In this document: piece by piece, positions 38,907 through 47,732 of the stretch
Layout: the number at the start of each line of letters is the position of its first letter
How positions within the stretch are numbered: position 1 is the first letter of the stretch
From: Candidatus Woesearchaeota archaeon
GTDB taxonomy: Archaea; Nanobdellota; Nanobdellia; SCGC-AAA011-G17; JAGVXY01
DNA: 64,000 nt
Reading direction: 5' to 3'
Assembly (NCBI GenBank): GCA_018303545.1
Contig: JAGVXY010000011.1
Span: forward strand, 1,466-65,465
Program-made: the position numbers and the translations under genes
Notes under the pieces: model-generated
Told to the model about the DNA's origin: nothing
The model's database searches: none
What the model saw: the letters and a program-made list of their open reading frames with translations, nothing else

Positions 38907-39725
38907 TCAGTTTCCTCCCTGTTCTGATTTTTCGGTAAGTATGTTTATTGAAACAGCCAATGCTTTCGCATTTCTGTAAGCTTTTTGTACCATCAATTCA
39001 GCAATTCCATTTGCCATATACTCTGCTTCCATTGCTAAACCTATCGCCTGTTGAGATGCCAGCTGTATATTTCTTATATACTCCTTCTGATCAACTTTTA
39101 GTACATCCTTTGTATAAACTAAACCATCTTCATATATGAACATCAAATTTAAACCTATTTCCATAGGTTCAATCTTAAGCTTAGCCAAAAGATTTGCAAC
39201 ATTTAGTGTTATTATTTCACCTTCTTTTACCAAAATCTTGTCTTGCTTTATTGCAACTTTTCCATTTTCCACACCGGTTTTAAAACCTAATTGGCCTAAT
39301 TCACCAATAATTGGACCTGGTGGAAATGGTGTTGGACCGGCTGGAATCAAAATATCATTTGGAGATACTTGTCCAGCTTTAGCCAAAGCCGAAGACTTAT
39401 TTGCTTCAAGTCTTTTAAAAACCTTGAATGGATTCTCACTTGTTAATATCAAAGCAGGCATTCCCTTTATTTTAGCTTTCAAGGAATCAACATCTCTGAC
39501 ATTTTCACTGACATTATCTAATGCTAATTTAATAAGCCTTTTTTTAGTTGTATAAATCTGTACTGTCCCTTTAAGTTGCTGTCTTATCTTCTGAAATTGT
39601 CTCGTAGGCATATTCTCTAGATTAACAACACCGAATATTGGCTTCTCTTTAAGCAACTTAGTAATCTTTGAAACTTCATCTTTCTTTTTTTTAGAAACGT
39701 AAACGGTCTTAGTCATTCTTAGCAC
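38907..39725 (-). CDS. rpl10: Ribosomal protein L10/P0 (short C-terminus)
   Basis: [22 protein letters not shown]; start may be at 39716 (MTKT). Confidence 0.94.
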   Translation of the reverse strand: MLRMTKTVYVSKKKKDEVSKITKLLKEKPIFGVVNLENMPTRQFQKIRQQLKGTVQIYTTKKRLIKLALDNVSENVRDVDSLKAKIKGMPALILTSENPFKVFKRLEANKSSALAKAGQVSPNDILIPAGPTPFPPGPIIGELGQLGFKTGVENGKVAIKQDKILVKEGEIITLNVANLLAKLKIEPMEIGLNLMFIYEDGLVYTKDVLKVDQKEYIRNIQLASQQAIGLAMEAEYMANGIAELMVQKAYRNAKALAVSINILTEKSEQGGN

Positions 39726-40377
39726 CTCCGAGATTAACCGGTGAGCCCATAGTTAATTTAATCGAAACATCTGCTATGTTTTGCTTTTCTTGAGGTAACG
39801 CGTGTAACACTAAATTATAAACATACTCAACATTTTCAGCAATATCATTATTGTCCATATCTTCGATGCCGATAGGACATTTTATAGACAATTCATTTCT
39901 TGTTGCTAATTTGACAGTGCCTTGCAATTTTTTATAAACCATTTCAATCTCTGCTTTTGGAGACACAATCGCCCCTGCCTTAGGATTAGGCATTTTTCCC
40001 CTTGGACCTAACACCTTACCAAAGGCACCTGCAACCTTAGTCATTATATTAGCTTGAGCAATAAAGAAATCAAATTGATTTACCAAATCTTTTAAGGCCT
40101 TCTTATTGCCAGCAATTTCAGCAAATTCTTCATCAAGTATTACTTTATCACAAACTTTCTTAGCTTGAGTTACCAACTCTTGGCCAACTAAAGCGCAAAC
40201 CTTATTTGATTTTCCTCTGCCCTTTGGCAAAGTTGCAAATATCTCTACCTTATGTTCTGGTCTCTTTAAATCCATATTTTTAAGATTTATCACCAAATCA
40301 AAAGTTTGTTTAAAATTTCTCTTCCTAGCTTTTTCTCTAGCTTCCTGTATAGATTTAACAATTTGATCTTTGTGCAT
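39709..40377 (-). CDS. rpl1: Ribosomal protein L1
   Basis: RNFKQTFDL.INL, LGPRGKMP, KLTMG. Confidence 0.97.
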   Translation of the reverse strand: MHKDQIVKSIQEAREKARKRNFKQTFDLVINLKNMDLKRPEHKVEIFATLPKGRGKSNKVCALVGQELVTQAKKVCDKVILDEEFAEIAGNKKALKDLVNQFDFFIAQANIMTKVAGAFGKVLGPRGKMPNPKAGAIVSPKAEIEMVYKKLQGTVKLATRNELSIKCPIGIEDMDNNDIAENVEYVYNLVLHALPQEKQNIADVSIKLTMGSPVNLGGAKND

Positions 40378-40497
40378 TATTTTTCCCTCCTACTTCCAAA
40401 AAAAGTAGTACTTATGGGTTATTCTCTTTAGAGAACAAGTTTCATTTATAAGCTTTTCTGTTGGTTTAATAAATATGAATAAATAATAATAAAAGTT

Positions 40498-42228
40498 TTA
40501 TTGGCACTGACCATTAACAACTTCCATATTGTTACCATCGCAACAGGCGTAAGTGCTATCCATCCCAATCGTATAGTATTTATTCGATCCACAGCAGCCC
40601 ATAGGTTTAGAATTTCTCCAACCAGACCCATCATCGTCACAATAATAATCCCCTAATTTTTGGCATCTTTCAAAGTTTGTGCCTGTCCATTCATAACTTT
40701 TTTCAGTAGCGCTTTTAGTACAAGTATAATAAATCCCATCATAACAAGCAAATCTCGAAAGCCCATCTGCATCTTTGCCATAGTCCCCATTGTATAATTT
40801 TCCCGTATTATGCAATGCATTATATTCTTTTGTTTGGCAACTTCTAGGAAATGAAGGATCAAGTCTTAGATTTACATTCTTCATACGCTTACCAGCGGGA
40901 TTATAAATTCCTTCATCAAAGCAAATTCCAAAAATATCATTGAATTGCTGAAAAATTTTGCTAATTTGCATTTCAGAAAGTCCAACTATTGAATTGTCCC
41001 CATTAGCAATAGAATTTGCCCCGCCCAATGGTTTGTCACCTGGAGAAATTACTCCCCCATTAAAATATGGGGATAAAGGATCATAAGTTACAAAGAAATA
41101 AATCCATCCATCTTTCTCAGATAAAAATTGATGTTCTTTGTCATTATTTGCAGTAAAGTAAGCCAAATTGCTATAAATTTTCCTATCAAAATTCATGAAT
41201 GAACTTACAAATCTATTGTACTTATTGTATGGAGAATAAACTCCTAATTCTTGTTCTACCTGACTTGTGTTACAATTGTATGAATCAAGCTCGGTCCCTA
41301 ATGGAGAAATATATTCCGTTAGTTCTCCTGTTCTAAGAAATTCCAAATAAGGCGTCCTGCCATTGTTCAGTCTCATTATTTTTAAATCACTTTGTCGGAC
41401 GTTATCTCCTGCAAATATTAGCCTTGCTGTATTTCCATCAATCCAGAACAAATCTGCTTCCATCCTTGGAGCAATATTATGTATTTGCAGTTGATACTTA
41501 TAACCATCATTATCTATTAATCTTAACCCAAGTTGAGCACTTGAAGCACTCAATGGATCATCATTTTGCAAATAATCATTACACTCATATCCTGCTGTTG
41601 CCACATTGCTATCCCAATAATGGGGCATAGTATGTATTCCCTTGGCAATACCCATAGGATAAGCAAAAGCCTTCCAAAGATCAAATGCCGGTTTAGTATC
41701 TGTGTAAGTTCCTTGCACAAATTCGCACATATCATTAGAAACTGGAAGAATGAAATCATCTCCTGTCACTATTATTCGTTGGTTGATTTTTTGTTTGGTT
41801 ATCTCTGCATTACCATAAGCCACAGTAGAATATAGATAATATTCTCCTGGTGTCGTTGGAATGGGCAGCAAAAAAGATACCGTCGTTGATTGTCCAGGTA
41901 CAAGATTTTTATTCATTGTAATTTTATTTGGGTTTTTGAAATCATTTTGATCCGTTCTAAATTTCCATAAAAGTTCATATCTCCCAGATGTCAATGCGAC
42001 TTTTCCATTATTTGTAATGATATAAGTCACTATTTTTTCACCTTGCCCAGCATGAAATCCGTAATAAAGCCCACTATTTACATTGGTTACTTGAGGAGAC
42101 ATCAAATCAATTTTAACCTGCCTTTCGGCAGTAGGTGATCTTTTCGCACCAACAACCTCATTATAAACAGAGCATCCAGAAATTATTACCAACAAAATTA
42201 TTCCAATGATAAGAAGCCTCTTTTCCAT
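40498..42228 (-). CDS. Putative lipoprotein/secreted protein with an Ig-like N-terminal domain and Cys-rich C-terminus
   Basis: Lipobox-like ISGC after a hydrophobic stretch; ITNNG...LVPGQSTTV.F...TPG.Y. Confidence 0.6.
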   Translation of the reverse strand: MEKRLLIIGIILLVIISGCSVYNEVVGAKRSPTAERQVKIDLMSPQVTNVNSGLYYGFHAGQGEKIVTYIITNNGKVALTSGRYELLWKFRTDQNDFKNPNKITMNKNLVPGQSTTVSFLLPIPTTPGEYYLYSTVAYGNAEITKQKINQRIIVTGDDFILPVSNDMCEFVQGTYTDTKPAFDLWKAFAYPMGIAKGIHTMPHYWDSNVATAGYECNDYLQNDDPLSASSAQLGLRLIDNDGYKYQLQIHNIAPRMEADLFWIDGNTARLIFAGDNVRQSDLKIMRLNNGRTPYLEFLRTGELTEYISPLGTELDSYNCNTSQVEQELGVYSPYNKYNRFVSSFMNFDRKIYSNLAYFTANNDKEHQFLSEKDGWIYFFVTYDPLSPYFNGGVISPGDKPLGGANSIANGDNSIVGLSEMQISKIFQQFNDIFGICFDEGIYNPAGKRMKNVNLRLDPSFPRSCQTKEYNALHNTGKLYNGDYGKDADGLSRFACYDGIYYTCTKSATEKSYEWTGTNFERCQKLGDYYCDDDGSGWRNSKPMGCCGSNKYYTIGMDSTYACCDGNNMEVVNGQCQ

Positions 42229-42278
42229 ATAAATTTTAAAGAAAGGATTATAAGTATATAAAGATTATTATAAAATAA

Positions 42279-42635
42279 ATGATATCAAAAAAAGATATTT
42301 TAGAAGAATTAAATAGATATAAAAATAAATATATTATTGTGGAAGGCAAGAAAGATAAATTTGCCTTAGAGAAATTAAATTTCACAAAAATATATAAATT
42401 AGAAAAGCCGTTATTTGAAGAGGTTGAATTAATCTCAGCAGAAACAAAAGAAGTAGTTATTTTAACAGATTTAGACACGGAAGGAAAAAAGATTTACTCT
42501 TATTTGAAAAAACACCTCCAAGAGCATGGAGTAAAGATAAACGACAATTTAAGAAAATTCTTATCAAAAACAGAAATCAAGCAGATTGAAGGATTAGCGC
42601 ATTACCTTAAAGATGAAAGCATGCCAAATATGTGA
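42279..42635 (+). CDS. Small TOPRIM-domain protein
   Basis: IIVEGKKD, ILTDLD.EG, IEGL. Confidence 0.9.
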   Translation: MISKKDILEELNRYKNKYIIVEGKKDKFALEKLNFTKIYKLEKPLFEEVELISAETKEVVILTDLDTEGKKIYSYLKKHLQEHGVKINDNLRKFLSKTEIKQIEGLAHYLKDESMPNM

Positions 42636-42729
42636 AAAAAGAATTGCTGAACATAGTTGTATCATTTGCGGAAGATTAGTCTGCAATCAATGCTACAATG
42701 AAAGAAAAAAGATTTGCAAAGGACATTAA
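42613..42729 (+). CDS. 38-aa zinc-finger microprotein
   Basis: MKACQICEKRIAEHSCIICGRLVCNQCYNERKKICKGH (3x CxxC plus CxxH); overlaps the TOPRIM gene end. Below the track cut-off. Confidence 0.75.
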   Translation: MKACQICEKRIAEHSCIICGRLVCNQCYNERKKICKGH

Positions 42730-43613
42730 ACTTTAGCCAAGCTTTGCTGCTCAAATGCAGAACTTACGCCTTTGCCAAAAGCAAAAGCAGTCTTAGAACT
42801 GAAAGCATCAAGCATAGACCAAAGATTATTTTCTTGTTCCATTGTTATTATATTTACTTCAGTAATATTTAGCCTTTGTTTTAGATATTCTTCAGCTTCT
42901 TTCTTTCCGCCGATAGCATCAATCATGCCCATATCATAAGCTTCTATACCCAAATAAACATTACCATTCGCCCATTTCTTAACAATAGAAACATCAACAT
43001 GCCTATTTTTTGCAACTTCGTTTATAAAATTCTCATGAATTTTATCAAGCATTTTCTGGATAATAAATTTTTCTTCAGCAGTAAGTTTTCTGTAAGGCAC
43101 GCCCATATCCTTGTAATCACCTGCAATAAGCTGTTCATAGCCTATGCCATATTTTTCCATCAGCCCAGAAAATTCTAAATAAGAGCCGAAAACACCTATG
43201 CTTCCAGTCATGGACATATCATCAGCATATATTTTGTCAGTTGCAGACGCAGCCCAATAAGCTCCAGAAGCACCAACTTCTCTTATCACGGCAACATTAG
43301 GTTTTTTCATTTCAGAAATCGCTTTTGCTATTTCTTTAGAAGCAACAACTCCCCCCCCGCCAGAATTAATATCAAACATAATTGCGACAATAGTAGGATC
43401 ATTCTCAACCTGCTCAATAAACTTTATGATGTCTTCTGAACCAGTGTAAGAAGAAACTCCAAAAGAAGATCCTGATTGCAGAGAAATTTCTCCATAAATA
43501 GGAATAATCGCAATCTTTTCAGAGAAATCACTCACCTTAAAAATATTTGCCAATGAAAAACTCACCAGCCATAAAACAAAAATTACCAATGCTATATATC
43601 CAATCCTTCTCAT
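42726..43613 (-). CDS. sppA: Signal peptide peptidase SppA (36K type)
   Basis: INSGGG, ASGAYW, TGSIGV, G.YKD.G.P.R. Confidence 0.93.
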   Translation of the reverse strand: MRRIGYIALVIFVLWLVSFSLANIFKVSDFSEKIAIIPIYGEISLQSGSSFGVSSYTGSEDIIKFIEQVENDPTIVAIMFDINSGGGGVVASKEIAKAISEMKKPNVAVIREVGASGAYWAASATDKIYADDMSMTGSIGVFGSYLEFSGLMEKYGIGYEQLIAGDYKDMGVPYRKLTAEEKFIIQKMLDKIHENFINEVAKNRHVDVSIVKKWANGNVYLGIEAYDMGMIDAIGGKKEAEEYLKQRLNITEVNIITMEQENNLWSMLDAFSSKTAFAFGKGVSSAFEQQSLAKV

Positions 43614-44089
43614 TACAATATCCTCCTGAATGCCTGAACCACCTGCGTTCCTGAAATTTTTTCTGAGTATCTCTGATGTGTATGCCTCAAGAATATGTAG
43701 CTTGTATCAATCACAAGTAATAGTGTAAATACTTTGCTTATATTTCTCAGCACAATCTGATTCAACGTAAATCCTTTAGCCTTATCTATAGGCATAACAA
43801 ATATATTAAGCAACATTTTCCCCATCGTCTGCCCCAATTTGAATTCAAGCAAGACAAAATAAAGCAAAGCTACAAAGGCTATTACAATTTCAACTGCAAT
43901 TAAATCTCTAAGCAAATTAAGATTTGAAGAAAAGAAGGTATACATATCAGAAAAATTATTATTACTAATTCCAATGCTAAATGGCGAAGTTATCACCCCA
44001 ATGATAAGCATGTCAATAAAATAAGCCAGAACCCTTTTCCACAATATTGCTGGATGCATAACAATGTTCTCTTTATATTCTTTCATCAA
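43613..44089 (-). CDS. RDD family membrane protein
   Basis: KRVLAYFID, GQTMGK, LRN, Q...E...GT.VV. Confidence 0.88.
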   Translation of the reverse strand: MMKEYKENIVMHPAILWKRVLAYFIDMLIIGVITSPFSIGISNNNFSDMYTFFSSNLNLLRDLIAVEIVIAFVALLYFVLLEFKLGQTMGKMLLNIFVMPIDKAKGFTLNQIVLRNISKVFTLLLVIDTSYIFLRHTHQRYSEKISGTQVVQAFRRIL

Positions 44090-44112
44090 GAAAATAATTA
44101 GTTTTTGGCTAT

Positions 44113-45057
44113 TTAAATCTTTTCCTGATTTGTAAAATTTATGCTTTCAAAAAAAAGAGGGTATTCCCTCCTATAATCTAATAATCCTTTAAGTAATCCT
44201 TCAATGTGCGATTTGTTAAAACCTATAGGTCGAATAGACGTTTCCTTTCTTAAATAATTAGAACCAAAAATAGCATAACCTGCATAATAATATTTTCCTT
44301 TTAATCCTACCTCAACATCGATTCTAATCTCCTCTCCACCCAAGGTAATAATAATTCTTGCATTGTCTGAATTATATACACCAAAAATACGAGAATCGTC
44401 AAAAAAATCTCCTAAACTTGAAAGTCCCATAGATAACTTAAATTCAGGAGTTACATAGAATGAAGCACCACCATTACGTTGATATGCCTTATTCAGCATA
44501 TCCACTCTTTCAATCAGTTTATCAATATTTATTTCGTTACTTCCCGCTGAATCAAACTTTGCTGAAAATATAGGAATTACTTTTCTTTCATTATTTAAAT
44601 CGTAAGTTCTGAATTCCATTAGGTTTCCATTCATAAACTGGATCATTCCATATCGGTCATCAAGAATTTCAATGTCTCCCCTTGCATCTCCTTTCGTAAT
44701 ATTCAAAACAGCAACACACATTTTTTCTTGATCTGCTAAGCTCCAAACAAAGTTAGATTTTGCAAAAACTTCATTTCCTATATGGGCTGTCCTATATTTA
44801 CATTTATTTTCATCAAACTCAGTAATATAAAAAACATCTCCACTAATTTCAATTCCATCTCTCCCCATTAAAGTTTCATTTATCAGAAAAGCTTTTTTAT
44901 TGCCAATAATATTAGTTTTTATGTCAGATGCAAACATTTCTTGGCGATTTTTGTCTGCATGATAAATCAAGTCATCAAGTGTGCATTTCTTTGTTTCAGC
45001 AGAGACTAAGGAAACACCCAAGGCAAAAGTAACCAAACCAATTAAAGCCCGTTTCAT
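44113..45057 (-). CDS. Secreted hypothetical protein
   Basis: Signal peptide ending VSA; 314-aa ORF with TATA upstream; no motif recognised. Confidence 0.65.
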   Translation of the reverse strand: MKRALIGLVTFALGVSLVSAETKKCTLDDLIYHADKNRQEMFASDIKTNIIGNKKAFLINETLMGRDGIEISGDVFYITEFDENKCKYRTAHIGNEVFAKSNFVWSLADQEKMCVAVLNITKGDARGDIEILDDRYGMIQFMNGNLMEFRTYDLNNERKVIPIFSAKFDSAGSNEINIDKLIERVDMLNKAYQRNGGASFYVTPEFKLSMGLSSLGDFFDDSRIFGVYNSDNARIIITLGGEEIRIDVEVGLKGKYYYAGYAIFGSNYLRKETSIRPIGFNKSHIEGLLKGLLDYRREYPLFFESINFTNQEKI

Positions 45058-45107
45058 CTTAATTTATAACCTAAAGGAAACTATATAAACCTTTCCGGAT
45101 TATTTGT

Positions 45108-46802
45108 TTGACTATGGACATTTACTATAAAAAATTGCTTTCAAAAATAAAAGATTGTGTTGATGTAGAAAGTATATTAAAGATAAGCAGGGAACTATGC
45201 AGGGTTTACAGCATAGGTAAGCTTCCGAGTATAGTGCAGATTTTATTGGCTGCAAAAGGCGAGCAACGAAAAAAGCTTTTCACAATTCTCAGAAGCAAGC
45301 CATCAAGAGCATTGTCTGGAATTTCAGTTGTTGCAATAATGTCAAAGCCTTCTAAATGTCCTCATGGCAAATGTTCTATTTGTCCTGGAGGTCCAGATTC
45401 TGAATTTGGCAATGTACCTCAAAGCTATACAGGCAATGAGCCGGCTACAATGCGCGCAAGAAGGAATGATTATCATCCCTATTTGCAGGTCTTTGATCGT
45501 TTACACCAGTATGTTCTTATGGGCCAGGTACCAAATAAAATTGAATTGATTATTATGGGGGGTACATTCAATGCCCAAGATTTAGAATATCAGGAATGGT
45601 TTGTTGCAAATTCATTAAAGGCTATGAATGACTTTGGGAATATGTTTCTACCTAAGGGCATTGATTTTGAAAGATTTATAACTTTTTTTGAACTAGATGA
45701 AAAAAATGAGATGACTGAGATAAGAGAAAAAAAAGTAAAAAAGAAAATGTACTCATTAATAGAAGAAAATATTTCATTGGAAAAAGAGCAGGAGTTAAAT
45801 GAATCTTCGAACATGCGTTGTGTTGCACTCTGTTTGGAGACAAGACCGGATTATTGCAAGATTGAAAATATTAAGCATATGCTTAAATTAGGTGTAACCA
45901 GAGTTGAATTGGGGGTACAAAGTGTTTACGATTATATATTAAAAAATATCAATCGAGGTCATGTTGTTTATCATTCTGTTGAAGCTACAAGACTATTAAA
46001 AGATTCGGGATTGAAAGTTGTTTACCACATCCTTCTAGGTGCGCCCGGATATTCTTGCAGAAAAGAAATAAAAATGTTTAAATACCTCTTCAATAAAAAA
46101 GATTTCAAGCCGGATGGTCTTAAGATATATCCTTGTATGGTTATGAAGGGAACAGAACTTTTCAATCAGTGGAAAGCCGGAAAGTTTCAACCTTTGAATA
46201 CAGAAACAGCGGCTAAATTAATAGCAGAAATAAAAGCAAGATACATTCCAAGTTATTGCCGTATAATGCGTATTCAGAGAGACATCTCTTCAAAAGTAGT
46301 TTCCGCCGGTGTTGATAAAACCAACCTAAGGCAGTATATAGAAGAAATTCTTTTGAAAAAAAATAAAAGATGCAAATGTATCCGCTGCCGTGAAGCTGGT
46401 CGAGTTGAAGAAATTAAAGGCGAACCAAAGTTCTTAGAAAAAAAATATAAGGCTTCTAAGGGAATGGAATATTTTTTAAGCCTTGAAACAGAAAATGCAT
46501 TATTGGGTTTTTTGAGATTAAGATTCCCCTTCAGGCCATTTATTAATGAATTAAAAGATTGCGCATTAGTTAGAGAATTGCATGTTTATGGCGAATCAAC
46601 AGAGCTAGGGAAAATAGGAAAGGTTCAGCACTTAGGTTATGGAAAAGAACTAATGAAAAAAGCAGAAGAATTAGCTATAAAAAATAAATACAAAAAACTA
46701 GCGGTCATTTCTGGCATTGGTGTTCGCGAATATTATAGAAAATTAGGATACCAAAGAGAAGGATTTTATATGATAAAAGATTTAGCAAAAAATCATTTAT
46801 AA
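45108..46802 (+). CDS. elp3: Elp3 tRNA U34 carboxymethyltransferase (radical SAM + GNAT)
   Basis: CPHGKCSICPGG, PQSYTG.EPA, ETRPD, RIQRDI, RELHVYG, GVREYY. Confidence 0.96.
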   Translation: MTMDIYYKKLLSKIKDCVDVESILKISRELCRVYSIGKLPSIVQILLAAKGEQRKKLFTILRSKPSRALSGISVVAIMSKPSKCPHGKCSICPGGPDSEFGNVPQSYTGNEPATMRARRNDYHPYLQVFDRLHQYVLMGQVPNKIELIIMGGTFNAQDLEYQEWFVANSLKAMNDFGNMFLPKGIDFERFITFFELDEKNEMTEIREKKVKKKMYSLIEENISLEKEQELNESSNMRCVALCLETRPDYCKIENIKHMLKLGVTRVELGVQSVYDYILKNINRGHVVYHSVEATRLLKDSGLKVVYHILLGAPGYSCRKEIKMFKYLFNKKDFKPDGLKIYPCMVMKGTELFNQWKAGKFQPLNTETAAKLIAEIKARYIPSYCRIMRIQRDISSKVVSAGVDKTNLRQYIEEILLKKNKRCKCIRCREAGRVEEIKGEPKFLEKKYKASKGMEYFLSLETENALLGFLRLRFPFRPFINELKDCALVRELHVYGESTELGKIGKVQHLGYGKELMKKAEELAIKNKYKKLAVISGIGVREYYRKLGYQREGFYMIKDLAKNHL

Positions 46803-47038
46803 ATATCCTTTCGATGATCAAAGCAATTAATGATTATTCTCTCTTTTTCAAGTCTATAGATTATTCTGAACGGCGGAATCCTTATGCTTCTGTGCCCCTT
46901 CAATTCATATTGCAATGGTTTTCCAGATTCGGGAAGTTCTATCAATTTCTTCAGGTGCTTGATGATTTTTATTCTTGTTAAATTATCTTTAATTTTCTTA
47001 AACTCATTCTTGAATTCCTCAGAAAAAATAATTTCCAT
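46793..47038 (-). CDS. RelE/ParE family toxin
   Basis: FSEEF..EFKK, P..GKPL...LKG.RS.RI.PFRIIY, F.HR..IY. Confidence 0.9.
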   Translation of the reverse strand: MEIIFSEEFKNEFKKIKDNLTRIKIIKHLKKLIELPESGKPLQYELKGHRSIRIPPFRIIYRLEKERIIINCFDHRKDIYK

Positions 47039-47039
47039 C

Positions 47040-47315
47040 TTAAGCCATCAACAAGTCATCTATTTCTTTATCGCTCATAGAAGTGTCTGCCTTGACAAAT
47101 TTTCCTTTCTTTATATTTTCTTCGCTCTTTTTGATTTTGTCAATTAAACGTATGTCTTCTTTCAGCGCTTCTTTATTTATTTGTTTCAGCATTATATTCC
47201 CGTCCTCATTAAAAACTATAAATTTAGTCGACGGTCCTATTCCTGCATCTTTTCTGATTTCAGCAGGAATCACTACCTGACCATTTTCCGACATTTTAGT
47301 GAGAGCGACTTCCAT
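47040..47315 (-). CDS. AbrB/MazE-type antitoxin
   Basis: KMSENGQVVIPAEIRK.AGI; acidic C-terminus; directly upstream of the toxin. Confidence 0.9.
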   Translation of the reverse strand: MEVALTKMSENGQVVIPAEIRKDAGIGPSTKFIVFNEDGNIMLKQINKEALKEDIRLIDKIKKSEENIKKGKFVKADTSMSDKEIDDLLMA

Positions 47316-47334
47316 TTTTAATACCTACAACCTA

Positions 47335-47348
47335 TTTTAATATTAAAA
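47335..47348. promoter_or_regulatory. Perfect palindrome TTTTAATATTAAAA, candidate TA autoregulatory operator
   Basis: Lies between the TATA-like element (about 47354-47370, minus strand) and the antitoxin start. Confidence 0.4.
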
Positions 47349-47732
47349 CGTATTTTATATATAAACTTTTCGGCTAAATATGGCCTTTTCATAGAATTAT
47401 ATATAATCTCAGTCATTAATATTTGCTTCTGAGAAAAATCCGCAAATTTTCCGGCAAAAACGTAACTCAAATCGCACAGAAGAGAAAGATTTTATATGAT
47501 AAAAGATTTAGCAAAAAAACAGGAACAATGAAAAAATAATCCTTCTTAAACTATAAGTAAATCATCTATTTAATTATTTTCCATTGATGTGTAAGCCATA
47601 ATAAATTTTCTTTTTTAAACATCTGGCTAAATCAATAATATATCACTTTTATAAAGATTCTTCTTAAAATAATAGATTTAACTCAAGTTTAACAACAACA
47701 TTTATAAAATTACAATTACATAATCAGAATCA

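Larger units (their letters stand above)
46754..47518. mobile_element. Mini-island carrying a TA module, flanked by a 39-bp duplication of the elp3 3' end
   Basis: AAGAGAA(G/A)GATTTTATATGATAAAAGATTTAGCAAAAAA at 46754-46792 and 47480-47518, 1 mismatch. Confidence 0.75.

Noticed and set aside
40378-40415. Hairpin CTACTT/AAGTAG touching the rpl1 SD as an L1 autoregulatory site
   Set aside because: Only a 6-bp stem, and the L1-binding internal-loop consensus could not be identified by eye.
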